The notes beneath the pieces are model-generated. The model was not told where the DNA came from and searched no databases. It worked only from the letters and a program-made list of their open reading frames with translations. From IMG/VR virus record IMGVR_UViG_3300032226_000551, positions 1 through 64,000 of that record: DNA of 64,000 nt; one strand, given 5' to 3'. Below are positions 9,266 to 20,626 of the stretch, in pieces; position 1 is the stretch's first letter, and every line of letters starts with the position of its first letter. The position numbers were made by a program, and so were the translations under genes. Source of the DNA: a virus. Taxonomy: Duplodnaviria > Caudoviricetes.

Positions 9266-12200
9266 TTATGTTAATGGTGATATATATTCATTACAGCAAT
9301 TAGATGATGCATCTTTCCACTGTTTTGTTGGTGCATAATTTACAGGAAATGTGTTCATTAATTCGGCATATGTTATCGGATTTATATTACAAAGTCTTAT
9401 TAATGGTAATGATAAATCATAACAAGACATTGCTTTCCAAGACCAACAAAAGTCTCCCCCGCATTTAGATTTTTCGCCATCCAAATTGGACGTTGAACTA
9501 TCACTAAATGATACATCTAAATTTTCTCTCAATTTGATTTGAGAATCATATAGCTTTTTAAGTTCTCTATTTGCTACCGATGGCACATAAAATTCATTTA
9601 CACCAATTTTTAATTTTTCATTTTCTACATCAGTTTCAAATTTAACATTATCTTCTTTTAAAATTGGTACTAATGTAAAATATGTAGCCGAACCTCTCGC
9701 AGTTTGTTCTGTGACAAGAACAAATTTTGCATTTAATGAATTTCTAAATGTTTTTAAATTTTGTGCTGTTCTATTTAATGCTAAATTATAGTTTATATCT
9801 GTTGCAAACTCTTCCTTTTTAAGTAAAATTTGATCTAGTGTCCAATATTTAGAATCTAAACCATCTCCAATTTTAAATAGTTGTACAAAATCTTGAAATT
9901 TCAATATAGAAGTTTTTGTTGATACATACAATTCTCTATTTGTAAAATGTTTAGAGGATGTGAAGTTTAAACCATTTATATTTGGTAAATTAAATGTTGT
10001 AATAAATTCGCCAACGGCAGAATATTTAAATATATTACCATTTGTTACAACATATAAAAATTCACCGTTTTCATCGAATGATATTTTTACTATTTCGGAA
10101 GTTCCAATTTTATTAATTTTGAATGTAGAATATACGGTTTGTGCAAATTCATCAAATATGTGAACCTTTAGATTTTTTGTTACTATGTATAATAATCCGC
10201 TTTCGTGAACGGTCAAATTCAATATTTGATCTCCGCTTAAAATATCATCATAATATGTATGAATCCAAGATAGAGATCCGCTATATTGTTTTACACAATT
10301 ATTATTATAATCTAAAACAAAAACATTTTCATTCCAGTAAAATATTTCAGATGGAAAATCAAATTTATTTTTATCGTTTAATGCTCCCAACATTCCCACC
10401 GTTAAAACTAAACTAAATATTGGATTGTTAATATCAGAAAAATCAAAGTCGAATCTGAATATTTTATTTCTTATAGAATCGGCAACATAAATCGATGTTT
10501 CATCATCGTTTACTGTTATTGATTTTGGATCAAAAAACAATTCATCCATATCCGATGATTTTGAAAAAATGACCTCTTGACATCTTTTATCTTTTTTGAA
10601 TAATCTAAATTTTTTATCGTCCAATACATACACATAATTTCCTATATGTATATCTTTAATATCTGTAAAATATGATGTACCTTCTGATGTTGTATAACTA
10701 GGAGTATCGTAAAATTCCGATCCGTAACTTTGTGTATACCATCTTATACCATCTGATCTATTATCTTTATTTGAACCCATCCAACCATAATAATAAGATG
10801 GAGCATTACTATTAATAGTTTGAATATTATTTTTTAAATAGTTTAAATTATCATCAATTCTTTTTAAAGATGTATTGAAAATATCAGAATCTCCAAATTC
10901 ATTTGGTTGTATCGATATATCATTTAAAGAATACGGTAATTGTAAATTTGCTTCATTTATAACTCTTATGGTTTCTTTATTATATTCATCCCAATTTTTC
11001 CTAACAATAAAAGGTGTTTTTTCGGTGAATACCTTTTTAGAATTGTCCGCATATATGGCACTATATGTTATATAAAAAGTTCCTAGTGTTTTATATGTAT
11101 TATAAAATATTTGATCCTTAGTATTTGTTTGTATATCACCTTCTCCAAAATTTACAGCATAAGAAACTATTGGATTTTTTGTATATTCAGGAGTATTAAA
11201 TTCAACAAATACTTTAGTTCCAGATAATATATAATTTGTATTTAAAAATATTTCCGGTTGTGTTGATGTGGTATATGCTTGAAGTGTTTCCCAGTTTGAT
11301 CTTTGTGTTATTGATATATTTTTAGTATCCCAAAAATCTCCACCAAAATTAGGATTTGTCTGTTTTATTGTATTAAAAGTTGATTCTGGTATTTTTATAT
11401 TTAAGTTAGAACTCGCATTTAAATACAATGTATTAAGAGAAGTATTTTTAACTCTAAGAGGAGACATGTCATCACCTGGTCTGATGGTGAAAACATTAAA
11501 TAGACCATCTACAGCAGGAATTTCTTTTTTCACTATCCATTTTGGTGCAGATAAAATATATGTAACAGTCGATGAATCACTTTGTATTTTCGCTGGTGTA
11601 TTTAATGGATTATTTTGAAATTTTTGTCTGATTAATACGCTTCTGTTAACATCCAAATCAAATGATGTTATTGTTGCACTGAATGTATGGGTTATACCAT
11701 TATAATCCATCAATTTCGGATTCTGGAAAAATAGTAAATTACTTGAAGTACTAACACTATATGGAATTGTTTCTGCTACTATATTATAACTTTTAGTAAC
11801 CAAACTACTACCTTCTATAGTTTTATAATATAATGGAGTATTTGATGGGAAATATTCATTGAATGCAGAAAGATATAACTTAGTTCCAACCGAAGATAAA
11901 AATTCATCAGTATATTTTAATGTTAATCTATTAACACCATCATTATCTGTATCCAACAACAATTCTCTATCTGATCCTTGTTGATAAACATATCTATCAA
12001 AATTTCCATTTGCCGAAACATAAAATACTTCCGTTTCATCTTTTTTATATGCATATGCAGTAGTTCCAGCAGCTATTGTATTAAAATTTGATGGTGTTAA
12101 TATAGTTGCTTGATCACTATTTTTCCATGCATATTCTGGATATGAAATAAATTTTAATTGCTTGTCAAAAATTGAACTATCTAAACTATAAATTACACAA

Positions 12201-14941
12201 TTTCTCTCTGTGCTATGTATAGTGTTTCCCCATCCATTTACAATAGCATTTGATACTTTTAACTTTACTGAATATTTTGATTTATTTATAGCATCAAGTG
12301 TATATGTATTACCAGTAAAAGTAGTTGTAATATTATCAGAATCTGTAATAGTCCAAGTCAATGTCGAATTTGTTGGAATAGCATCTGTATTAGCGGTTAA
12401 TTTATATATAGCATTTGAATTTTTAAGTCTAGATAAAACATATTGACCTTTTCTGGTTTCTAACAATTTATCATTTGGGTAAGAAGGATATGTTATATCA
12501 AAATCTGCATTAAAAATGCTATCACTCGGAAAACTATCTAAAGGTAAAGTATAACTACCGACATATATTTGTGATGTATCCGCAGTAAATGCAGATAATA
12601 ATACAAAATTATTAATCAAAGATGTTGTTTTAGTTGGTTTTATTAAAAATTGTAATGTATCTAAATTGTTTGCTATATCGTTATCGTATATATTATAATA
12701 TCCTGTTTTTTTTACATATTTTGCTGTTACGGGTGGAGTTTGAATATATTCATTATTAGAATAATAATTCCATGCCCAATAGATTACACCATTTGATGGT
12801 AAATTATATATTCTATTTTTAAATGGTACATATGCACTTAATGTTATTGTTCGTATTTCACTTTGATTGTCTAACTGTACAGATGGTTGTATAATTAATT
12901 TTCTTTCTGTATAAAAATCAAAAAAAGTATTATCTGATGAAACTGATACTGTATTATTATATTTTTGAGAAGAAAGTGTCAACTTTGTTGTTGTTGGTCC
13001 ATATCCGGATAATCTAATAGCCCAACTGTTACTATCATATAATATTTTAGTATTTGGTGTTATGAAATTTATTGGTTGATAAACATTATTGCTATTTTTT
13101 ATTAGATAGTTTATTTTTATATTAGAGTCGGGATTAACCAATTTCCATTCTATATAAGAATTGGTTAGATCTATAAATGGATACTTGGAAGAATTAATTA
13201 AATTTTCAATACTTACGTCCAAATAATCATTTCCTTCATTTATTTTTGTAATCTCTAAATTATATTCATCTCCTTTATATATTCCTTTGATCGGTATTAT
13301 AGAAGTTCTTGGCGCATCATTTGTACCACTATAAATATTACTTAAACAAGGTCTTATATTTAAATTTGTATATCCTGTTCTAGAAGTAGAAAAGCTTACT
13401 TCCAAAACAGGATTATCTTTAGCATCTACCCATTCTGGATTTTTTAAATCGTATATAGTTGTTCTATTTGAATTTGTTCCTACTTTTGCTGTAAGTTCAT
13501 TCAATAATTGAGGATCATCTAAAAAATCAGGTTTGTACATTATTTTATCAAATGTACCATATGTTTCCAAATCCAAATTCAATTTACCAAATTCATCTCT
13601 CAAATATGTAGAAATCAAAACAGATGTTGTGGTTTCTCTATATGGTATAGATGTTAATGTAAAAGATAAGGAATAATCATCTATTGGTGATGTTATTTCT
13701 GGTGGTGATATTAATGATATTTTATAAGAATAAAAATGTGGAGGATACTTTGTAACATATGTTACGGTGTTATAATTTTGTTTTGTTGATGGTATAGCAG
13801 ATGTTAATTTTGTTTTTGTTCCATCTTCAAATAAATTAACACCATCTATTATAAATGAATTAACAGTGCTTTGCACCGATTCATTAGTATTCAACATATT
13901 TGCAGAATCAACAATATAAGAAATTTTAAAAGCAGATAAAGAATTTCCTTTTATAACTGTATTATTACAATAATATTTAAACAAAGTAGAATCTAAAAAT
14001 AAATTACAACTAAGTACACAATTTTGAGTGCTTTGTAATGGTAAACTTATATTAGCTGCACTTTGAATAAATAAAAATGTTTGACTGTTATTTGTATCAT
14101 TAATAAAATTTAACGGTATACTAAAAGGTATATTATTAATAACATCATCGGGATGATATAAAGTAAAATATATTTTGTCCGAACTTCCATATTTAAAATA
14201 ATTTACTGTATTTTCAAAAAATGTTCTGTCTTTTCTTATTTTTTTATGAAAATCATTATTTTCTAAAATAGTATTATAAGTTTTTGGTTGATTTGTATCA
14301 CTATAAGTAAATAATGTTTTTCCTACTACTGATTTTGTTGCTGATATACTATATAAAAAACTACAAGAATTAACAGAATTTATTGGATAATCTGATATAA
14401 CTTCATTATCCGATGCTATATAATTATTATGTGATAATGGTAGTTGATCATTTTTAAGTGGATAAAGTGATCTATTAAATATGGTTTTCATATCTAATAT
14501 ACTAGCTTTTAATGTTGTACTATAAAATGTATTACCATTAACAATAACTTTAGATACCGATGTTGGTTTCAATATTAGTTGTTGTGGATATAATAAATAT
14601 GAATAACTGATATCACTTTTGTCAATTTTAAAATAATTTACAATATAACCAAAATTTATTGTTTTTCTGGCTTCTAATGCATTGAATATTAATTTGGAAG
14701 TACTATCAACAAGTTCAATTTCCCATATATTTTTATCTAATGTTAAATTGTCTGTTGTTAAATAAGGAGAATTTTCTAATTGGGGTAAAATTAAATTAGT
14801 TTGTCTAGCATAAAAGCATAAAAAATTACAAAATAATTGCGGATTTAATAATGGTGAAAAAATACTAAATTGAGGAAAAATATAATATTTTTCTTTTGGA
14901 AAATCTCCATTTTTATTTATTGTAAATCCTATATCTGACAT
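9266..14941 (-). CDS. Very large virion-associated protein with PKD-like and NHL/beta-propeller domains
   Basis: 1891 aa; YAVNFGEG (PKD-like); FDPKSITV...IYVADSIRNKI and FDFPSEI...VFVLDYNNNCVK (NHL-like); Cys/Trp-rich C-terminus. Confidence 0.65.
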   Translation of the reverse strand: MSDIGFTINKNGDFPKEKYYIFPQFSIFSPLLNPQLFCNFLCFYARQTNLILPQLENSPYLTTDNLTLDKNIWEIELVDSTSKLIFNALEARKTINFGYIVNYFKIDKSDISYSYLLYPQQLILKPTSVSKVIVNGNTFYSTTLKASILDMKTIFNRSLYPLKNDQLPLSHNNYIASDNEVISDYPINSVNSCSFLYSISATKSVVGKTLFTYSDTNQPKTYNTILENNDFHKKIRKDRTFFENTVNYFKYGSSDKIYFTLYHPDDVINNIPFSIPLNFINDTNNSQTFLFIQSAANISLPLQSTQNCVLSCNLFLDSTLFKYYCNNTVIKGNSLSAFKISYIVDSANMLNTNESVQSTVNSFIIDGVNLFEDGTKTKLTSAIPSTKQNYNTVTYVTKYPPHFYSYKISLISPPEITSPIDDYSLSFTLTSIPYRETTTSVLISTYLRDEFGKLNLDLETYGTFDKIMYKPDFLDDPQLLNELTAKVGTNSNRTTIYDLKNPEWVDAKDNPVLEVSFSTSRTGYTNLNIRPCLSNIYSGTNDAPRTSIIPIKGIYKGDEYNLEITKINEGNDYLDVSIENLINSSKYPFIDLTNSYIEWKLVNPDSNIKINYLIKNSNNVYQPINFITPNTKILYDSNSWAIRLSGYGPTTTKLTLSSQKYNNTVSVSSDNTFFDFYTERKLIIQPSVQLDNQSEIRTITLSAYVPFKNRIYNLPSNGVIYWAWNYYSNNEYIQTPPVTAKYVKKTGYYNIYDNDIANNLDTLQFLIKPTKTTSLINNFVLLSAFTADTSQIYVGSYTLPLDSFPSDSIFNADFDITYPSYPNDKLLETRKGQYVLSRLKNSNAIYKLTANTDAIPTNSTLTWTITDSDNITTTFTGNTYTLDAINKSKYSVKLKVSNAIVNGWGNTIHSTERNCVIYSLDSSIFDKQLKFISYPEYAWKNSDQATILTPSNFNTIAAGTTAYAYKKDETEVFYVSANGNFDRYVYQQGSDRELLLDTDNDGVNRLTLKYTDEFLSSVGTKLYLSAFNEYFPSNTPLYYKTIEGSSLVTKSYNIVAETIPYSVSTSSNLLFFQNPKLMDYNGITHTFSATITSFDLDVNRSVLIRQKFQNNPLNTPAKIQSDSSTVTYILSAPKWIVKKEIPAVDGLFNVFTIRPGDDMSPLRVKNTSLNTLYLNASSNLNIKIPESTFNTIKQTNPNFGGDFWDTKNISITQRSNWETLQAYTTSTQPEIFLNTNYILSGTKVFVEFNTPEYTKNPIVSYAVNFGEGDIQTNTKDQIFYNTYKTLGTFYITYSAIYADNSKKVFTEKTPFIVRKNWDEYNKETIRVINEANLQLPYSLNDISIQPNEFGDSDIFNTSLKRIDDNLNYLKNNIQTINSNAPSYYYGWMGSNKDNRSDGIRWYTQSYGSEFYDTPSYTTSEGTSYFTDIKDIHIGNYVYVLDDKKFRLFKKDKRCQEVIFSKSSDMDELFFDPKSITVNDDETSIYVADSIRNKIFRFDFDFSDINNPIFSLVLTVGMLGALNDKNKFDFPSEIFYWNENVFVLDYNNNCVKQYSGSLSWIHTYYDDILSGDQILNLTVHESGLLYIVTKNLKVHIFDEFAQTVYSTFKINKIGTSEIVKISFDENGEFLYVVTNGNIFKYSAVGEFITTFNLPNINGLNFTSSKHFTNRELYVSTKTSILKFQDFVQLFKIGDGLDSKYWTLDQILLKKEEFATDINYNLALNRTAQNLKTFRNSLNAKFVLVTEQTARGSATYFTLVPILKEDNVKFETDVENEKLKIGVNEFYVPSVANRELKKLYDSQIKLRENLDVSFSDSSTSNLDGEKSKCGGDFCWSWKAMSCYDLSLPLIRLCNINPITYAELMNTFPVNYAPTKQWKDASSNCCNEYISPLT

Positions 14942-14977
14942 GATTATATCTAATATTTAGATTAAAATATCATTTTA

Positions 14978-17900
14978 TCAATCATCTAACAACCCAAGTC
15001 CTTTATATAATTCATAATTGAAAAATATATCCAATAACCCCTCGTCTTTATACCAATCATCATTTGTTGATAAATTTCTACTAATTGTTGTTTGATCACT
15101 ATTCCAATCTATTAAATTTTCTATTATTCCACCATTCCAATATGGTATATATTCATAAAATTCATAATATTGTGTCCAATCATTCCCCAATCCGATTGAT
15201 GTTGCCAATACATTTACAGTATATTTGGTTTTATCATCTACAATTCCAGTAGGAATCAATCTATAATTGTTTATAGATTTAGTTTTTAATACTAATGGAT
15301 TACCAGCAGTTACTGTATAATTTAAAGTATCTATTAAATTTCCTCTATTATTTTTCTTTTCCTTTTTGCAATATGGACAAATATCAACTTTTGCACAATC
15401 ATTATGTCTTTCAAATGACATACCACAATTACATTCGGTTCCTAATAATTTAGAAAGATTGATACTAGCAAAACTCATTACCCTTTTTATAGTTGGTGGA
15501 TAATTTAATTGCAAATCTTCTGATTCGGAATTTATCATTTGTGCCAAATCGTATAATTGCGGTATTTCACAAGTTTCTGGATCGGATGTATTGTTTACAA
15601 AGTTTGCAATTTTTTCATATGCAGTCACCGCTAAATCATCTTGATAAAATGGTTCTTTACCAAAAATATTTCCCAAAAATTCATCAAAGAAAAATTCACT
15701 TTTTTGCAAAATTGGCATATGAGCAAATTGTTTCATATTTTCTGCTAAATTAAAATCTTCATTTATTTTAAATGCAGTATAAACAGATCTATCATAAAAA
15801 TTTAATTTATCAGATATTCCGGTTATATAAAAAGATTTACTACTAGTAGTAAAATATGGCAAATATTTTTCTGCGTATTTATTAATCCATCTCGAACCTG
15901 TCCAATCTCCGGTAGCCTGAAGTGATTTACCCCATTCGTAATATTCCATCTTTGTGGGTTTTAATTGATCGTCTTGGAAAAATAAAAATCCTTGTGGTGA
16001 TATGTAAAAATTATCTATTTTTTTCTTTTCTATGCTATCAAAAACATAAACCATATTTTCTATGGAATTTATTATGTATAGATACCCTCTCATATCACAA
16101 GCTATTCCCTCTATTGCTGTTTCATCTACGTTTTGAGTTTCGTTAAACCATGGCGTTTTGCTAGGATTTTTATTTGAAAATGCTATATTGGATTTTGGAT
16201 AATCGGCATAGATATTATCTGCCAAACATAAGGTAGTTCCAGAAATAGTATATGTTAATGTGTTTCCGTTTATATTATCAATATAACCTATTTTATTATA
16301 ACCATAAGAAAACCACAAATTCTGTGACATATCCAATGTCAAATAATTGGGACTTTGAATTCCTTTAAATGTACTTAATAATGTTCCGGTTGAAGATCTT
16401 TTTTGTATATATCCAAATGTACCCCAAACATTTCCATTATTAGATATCCAAACATTACCATCTTTGTCCGATATTATTTCTTGTGGTGTTGAACAAACAG
16501 GAGAACTAGTACTATAAAGTAAATTTCCATTTTTATCTATTTTTGTTACAAATCCACTTAAATAGTTTGAATAAGAAACCCATACATTATTATCCTTATC
16601 GGTTTCTATGCAAGTTGGCTCTACCAATCTATGATCATATTCGTTTACAGTCGTTGGGTAATATGAATTTTGTATAAACCAATCATATAAACCAGTAGGA
16701 ACACTCTCTTTTATTTTTATTGGTGTTGTCGCAAATAAAAATTCACCAATTGGATTAAATTTTAATACTGATATTGTATCATATAAAGAAACCCATATGT
16801 TTCTTTCTCCATCCAAGCTTATGTATGATGGACTTAATACATTTTCTATATCGTATCCCAAATTATATTTTTTAACTACTTCATTTAAGTCTATTGAACA
16901 TAATATCTGACCAACTGTGGAAACTCTATATATTCTGTTCATTTCGGAATCACACAACCAAGCATGATAATTTGGTGCGGGAAGAGAAGCTACTGAATAT
17001 ATACCATGGAAACCAGACAATGCCATCGGATCTTTTTCAAAATCTACAGTATCAATAACAGGCATTTCAAAAGTTTTAACCTGTGCATTTTGAAGATTTG
17101 TAGTATCAATTTGTCCAAAATCAGAATTGTTATTTTTATAGTATTGTGCAACAGAAACTGTTCCTGCATTTGGATTAGGTAGCCAAATATGTGGATTGAA
17201 ATATGATGATATGGTAGATCCTGTGTTTATATTTGCAGCTGCTGTTATATTTGTACTAAATGCATATGGTGTATTCGGATCAACATAAAAAGAGCCTTTA
17301 TAATAACCTGCAACTTTAAATGTGGTGTCATCAATCCATTTAAAACATGGTTGCGGTACAAAATTAGTACTTAAATTTATTACTCCTGCATCAAAATAAA
17401 TATCAGGCTGTTCTAACGGAATATATTTTGCAAATGGTTCATATTGTAAAATGCCATTTCCATCAACCCAATCATCTGGAAAGCTATCATCAAAACCTGC
17501 TTTTATTATAACTGGTTGAACGGATCCTGTCCATCTGGGATTGGAATGTGGTCGAAGACCATTTTCGGTAATTAACAATTTTTCAGGAAATCTCTTCAAC
17601 ACCATGTATGGCGAAAATGCTCTAGCGGTGCTATTAGCGAAGCCCGGTAGCGTCAAATCAGCATTAAAACTATCACTCGCTACTCTTCTTCCACTAGTCT
17701 GTAGTGTAGCCCATAATGTTGTATAATTTTCCTTATTAAATGCCAAATCGTTGTTGTATATATCATCAACAAAATAAAAATCCGCATAACCAGAAACTCC
17801 AACAGTAGTTCCATTTATTTGATCGACTATACCATCTGCTGTTATTTTTAAAGGAGAATCTACAGTCTTAATGTTCCAAATTTGATTTCCATCTAAATCC

Positions 17901-18355
17901 AAAAATCTCCACTGTGGTTTTAGAAATGACCATTTATTTTGTGGTTCTTGATATGGATATGATCTGGAATATTGAGCATATAAATCCACTATGTTTTCAC
18001 CTACTGATGCGGTGGTAATGTTTATTCTAAATGGATAACGGTTTATATGACCTGCAAAAGCAGGAGGTGGAATTATGTTGAAATAAACAGAATCTTTTAC
18101 ATAATTTTCTACTCTTACGGTTTTTTTTGCACTTAGAACTTCTGTTTCAGTATATGCAAATAGATTTATATCATACTCACCGGGTACGGCATAGTAGTGA
18201 TCCAATTCGGTTTTATCATAAAAAATAGCTCCATCACCAAAACTCCATTTTATTTTTATTAAATCGTCTAATGGTGTATAGTTTACAGATACACTAAAAT
18301 TAGTAGCTTTTGTATATCCAGTCGTTCTATTTAAATTTATTGATAAACTACCCAT
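14978..18355 (-). CDS. Baseplate-associated protein with N-terminal PKD domain, beta-propeller and possible gp7/gpI-like C-terminus
   Basis: KWSFGDG...HYYAVPGEYDINL; repeated D.DGNVW(I/V)S blades; DPETCEIPQLYDLA; directly downstream of gp6. Confidence 0.65.
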   Translation of the reverse strand: MGSLSINLNRTTGYTKATNFSVSVNYTPLDDLIKIKWSFGDGAIFYDKTELDHYYAVPGEYDINLFAYTETEVLSAKKTVRVENYVKDSVYFNIIPPPAFAGHINRYPFRINITTASVGENIVDLYAQYSRSYPYQEPQNKWSFLKPQWRFLDLDGNQIWNIKTVDSPLKITADGIVDQINGTTVGVSGYADFYFVDDIYNNDLAFNKENYTTLWATLQTSGRRVASDSFNADLTLPGFANSTARAFSPYMVLKRFPEKLLITENGLRPHSNPRWTGSVQPVIIKAGFDDSFPDDWVDGNGILQYEPFAKYIPLEQPDIYFDAGVINLSTNFVPQPCFKWIDDTTFKVAGYYKGSFYVDPNTPYAFSTNITAAANINTGSTISSYFNPHIWLPNPNAGTVSVAQYYKNNNSDFGQIDTTNLQNAQVKTFEMPVIDTVDFEKDPMALSGFHGIYSVASLPAPNYHAWLCDSEMNRIYRVSTVGQILCSIDLNEVVKKYNLGYDIENVLSPSYISLDGERNIWVSLYDTISVLKFNPIGEFLFATTPIKIKESVPTGLYDWFIQNSYYPTTVNEYDHRLVEPTCIETDKDNNVWVSYSNYLSGFVTKIDKNGNLLYSTSSPVCSTPQEIISDKDGNVWISNNGNVWGTFGYIQKRSSTGTLLSTFKGIQSPNYLTLDMSQNLWFSYGYNKIGYIDNINGNTLTYTISGTTLCLADNIYADYPKSNIAFSNKNPSKTPWFNETQNVDETAIEGIACDMRGYLYIINSIENMVYVFDSIEKKKIDNFYISPQGFLFFQDDQLKPTKMEYYEWGKSLQATGDWTGSRWINKYAEKYLPYFTTSSKSFYITGISDKLNFYDRSVYTAFKINEDFNLAENMKQFAHMPILQKSEFFFDEFLGNIFGKEPFYQDDLAVTAYEKIANFVNNTSDPETCEIPQLYDLAQMINSESEDLQLNYPPTIKRVMSFASINLSKLLGTECNCGMSFERHNDCAKVDICPYCKKEKKNNRGNLIDTLNYTVTAGNPLVLKTKSINNYRLIPTGIVDDKTKYTVNVLATSIGLGNDWTQYYEFYEYIPYWNGGIIENLIDWNSDQTTISRNLSTNDDWYKDEGLLDIFFNYELYKGLGLLDD

Positions 18356-18361
18356 AAATTA

Positions 18362-20167
18362 TTAAAAGTCTGCTATCTTTATAGAATTATTTTTTTCTAC
18401 TATTTCTATTCTATCTAAGATATTTTCAATATTGTTAAACAATCCAAATTTAAAATTTTCTAATGTTATATTTTGGGTAAAAACATTAACATCGGTTTCT
18501 GGATATGTGGGATTCCATATAACAAAAGATAAACCATCTATAGTCAAATTTATATCCGATCTATATGTTTTAATATTATCAACACCATCGATATTGATTA
18601 TACTATTTGCTATTTGATATACATCTATTATTTGTCCTAATTTAGATGTTTGTCTTGAGAAGTTGTCATCAAATATTTTTTTAATTTCTAGTGCTATAGC
18701 AGAAGATGCTCTTCTTGTATTTAATGATTTATTGATTAATATTTTGGTTTGATTTATATCCGATAATACTACTGCATCATCATTTGATTTTTTTAAATAA
18801 AAATCCATATAAACATAAACTGGATCTATTGGAATAATTTGAGTTGTTATTGTTTTAACTTCTTTTACTCCTTCTAAAATAAATTCCTTTTGAGATGGTG
18901 TTAAATATTCTTGTCCTTCGTTTGATGGAACCATGTAAACATATAGATTATTAAAATTACAAGAATTTGCAAATTTAATCTGATTGTATAATATTTTTGT
19001 ATCTTCTTGTGGATTTTTTAATCCATTATCGTATAGGTATTTTATATGTTGTCTTAAATATTCATCATTGTTTAAGAGTTTAATATCCGATATTAAATTT
19101 TTATAATTACTTTTAATAAAAACCTCATAATCTTTTGCTGTTACTAATCTATTTTGTGATTTAAAACTCTGTGGTGCATTTTTTCTAATATCATCAACAG
19201 TCTCTTCTTGTGAATAGGCGGTAGATGGATAATCATTGCTTATTTTTACGTTTAAACATCCATTTGCATTTAAATAATTTCCAGAGTCTATTCCAGTATC
19301 AGATAAAATTTCGGTAAATTGTATAGAATTGTATAAAATCGTAGATATTTTATTCATAGCACCTACACCAACATTTTGTATAGTTGGATTTATTTTTAAA
19401 TAATATATCGCTACGATATCACCCTTTTCTAATTTTTTTCCGTTTATATTATCACCAAAAGTTATTTCGTATCTTTTATTTTCATTATATCTAACTTCAT
19501 ATACGGTATCCGTAGCTTTGTTTAAAAATAAATCTTGTACTCTTGTCCACTTTTGCCACGTATCAGTATTATATTTTTTTACATATACATCAATATTAAA
19601 ATTATCTATTGTAATTTTAGAATCAACAGAAAGATATATTTTTTCATTATCTATTCCACCCGATTTATATAATGGATATTCTTGAAAAAAACCTTCTCTT
19701 AATGTTATAGTATTATCCAATATTGTTATATCTTCACTTATAGAATCTGTTAGTTTTGTAAAAGATACATCTTCATTAAAAGAATATGTTGTACTACCAA
19801 CATTTATATAACTATACTTTGGTATAATATAATTACCTTTTGGAATATTTGTTATAGTTAGTTTAATAGGAATAGTTTGCCCCTGCGGTCCTACTGGTTT
19901 ATAATTTAAAAGCTTGACAATTCTATTCATGTTCTCGTATAATTGAGATTCTGAGAACATACTTTCTGATGATGTTTTATTTAAATAAAATAATAAATTA
20001 CTAAAAGAATATGATATAACATCTATAATAGCTGATATATTAGAACCTTGATAATTTTGATCGGTAAAAACTTTACCTCTATTTAATCTATCGATTATAA
20101 TATCTCTTAAACTAGTGCCATCAAATGCCACATATGAATTTTTGTTGAAAATAAAACTCTCGTCCAT
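18362..20167 (-). CDS. gp6: Baseplate wedge subunit (T4 gp6-like)
   Basis: FTDQNYQGSNISAIIDVISY, YEITFGDNINGKKL, ETVDDIRKNAP...QNRLVTAKDY. Confidence 0.92.
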   Translation of the reverse strand: MDESFIFNKNSYVAFDGTSLRDIIIDRLNRGKVFTDQNYQGSNISAIIDVISYSFSNLLFYLNKTSSESMFSESQLYENMNRIVKLLNYKPVGPQGQTIPIKLTITNIPKGNYIIPKYSYINVGSTTYSFNEDVSFTKLTDSISEDITILDNTITLREGFFQEYPLYKSGGIDNEKIYLSVDSKITIDNFNIDVYVKKYNTDTWQKWTRVQDLFLNKATDTVYEVRYNENKRYEITFGDNINGKKLEKGDIVAIYYLKINPTIQNVGVGAMNKISTILYNSIQFTEILSDTGIDSGNYLNANGCLNVKISNDYPSTAYSQEETVDDIRKNAPQSFKSQNRLVTAKDYEVFIKSNYKNLISDIKLLNNDEYLRQHIKYLYDNGLKNPQEDTKILYNQIKFANSCNFNNLYVYMVPSNEGQEYLTPSQKEFILEGVKEVKTITTQIIPIDPVYVYMDFYLKKSNDDAVVLSDINQTKILINKSLNTRRASSAIALEIKKIFDDNFSRQTSKLGQIIDVYQIANSIINIDGVDNIKTYRSDINLTIDGLSFVIWNPTYPETDVNVFTQNITLENFKFGLFNNIENILDRIEIVEKNNSIKIADF

Positions 20168-20212
20168 TATATTATTACTTAATCAAAATATACTAAATTG
20201 CTTTAATTTTGA

Positions 20213-20220
20213 TATAAATA
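20213..20220 (+). promoter_or_regulatory. T4-type late promoter TATAAATA
   Basis: Exact T4 late consensus, 6 nt before ATG 20227; gp55 is encoded in the window. Confidence 0.75.
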
Positions 20221-20226
20221 TATAAA

Positions 20227-20589
20227 ATGAAATTTAAAGATATTTTTGAAAAAGCAGCAAAACAATATTTAACCGAACAACAGGTTCAGGATATGATGAA
20301 TGATGCTTCTAATGAAACTGAACAAGTTCAACAACCCGAAGTAAATCCAGAAATGCAATCGGAATTACCTACAGAAGAAACTATTGATTTGAACGAGGAA
20401 AAATATAAAGCCTTGCTTTTGATGGTTCAAAAAGCATTAATTCTAGCATATAAAGATGATACGAATAAAAGAAATGATTTGGCAGACATTGAATCCAAAA
20501 TAGAAACTTCTCCCAAAGAAGCAGAATCTTCATTGCAATCATTATTAGACAGTAACGTTTCAAATTTTCCAGAAAATAGCTTTAATTAA
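20227..20589 (+). CDS. Acidic hypothetical protein, candidate head internal protein
   Basis: 120 aa; MKFKDIFEKAAKQYLTE N-terminus; late box. Confidence 0.7.
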   Translation: MKFKDIFEKAAKQYLTEQQVQDMMNDASNETEQVQQPEVNPEMQSELPTEETIDLNEEKYKALLLMVQKALILAYKDDTNKRNDLADIESKIETSPKEAESSLQSLLDSNVSNFPENSFN

Positions 20590-20592
20590 AAG

Positions 20593-20620
20593 TTGACTTA
20601 TATTAAAATGATGTTATATT
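20593..20620 (+). promoter_or_regulatory. Sigma70-type early promoter TTGACT-16-TATATT (extended TGn)
   Basis: Intergenic; -10 ends 6 nt before ATG 20627. Confidence 0.65.
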
Positions 20621-20626
20621 ATTTTA

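Noticed and set aside
372-19000. Plus-strand short ORFs (372, 4182, 5783, 7122, 7473, 8481, 9960, 12210, 15493, 17541 etc.)
   Set aside because: Antisense shadows of long minus-strand genes; no motifs or promoter boxes
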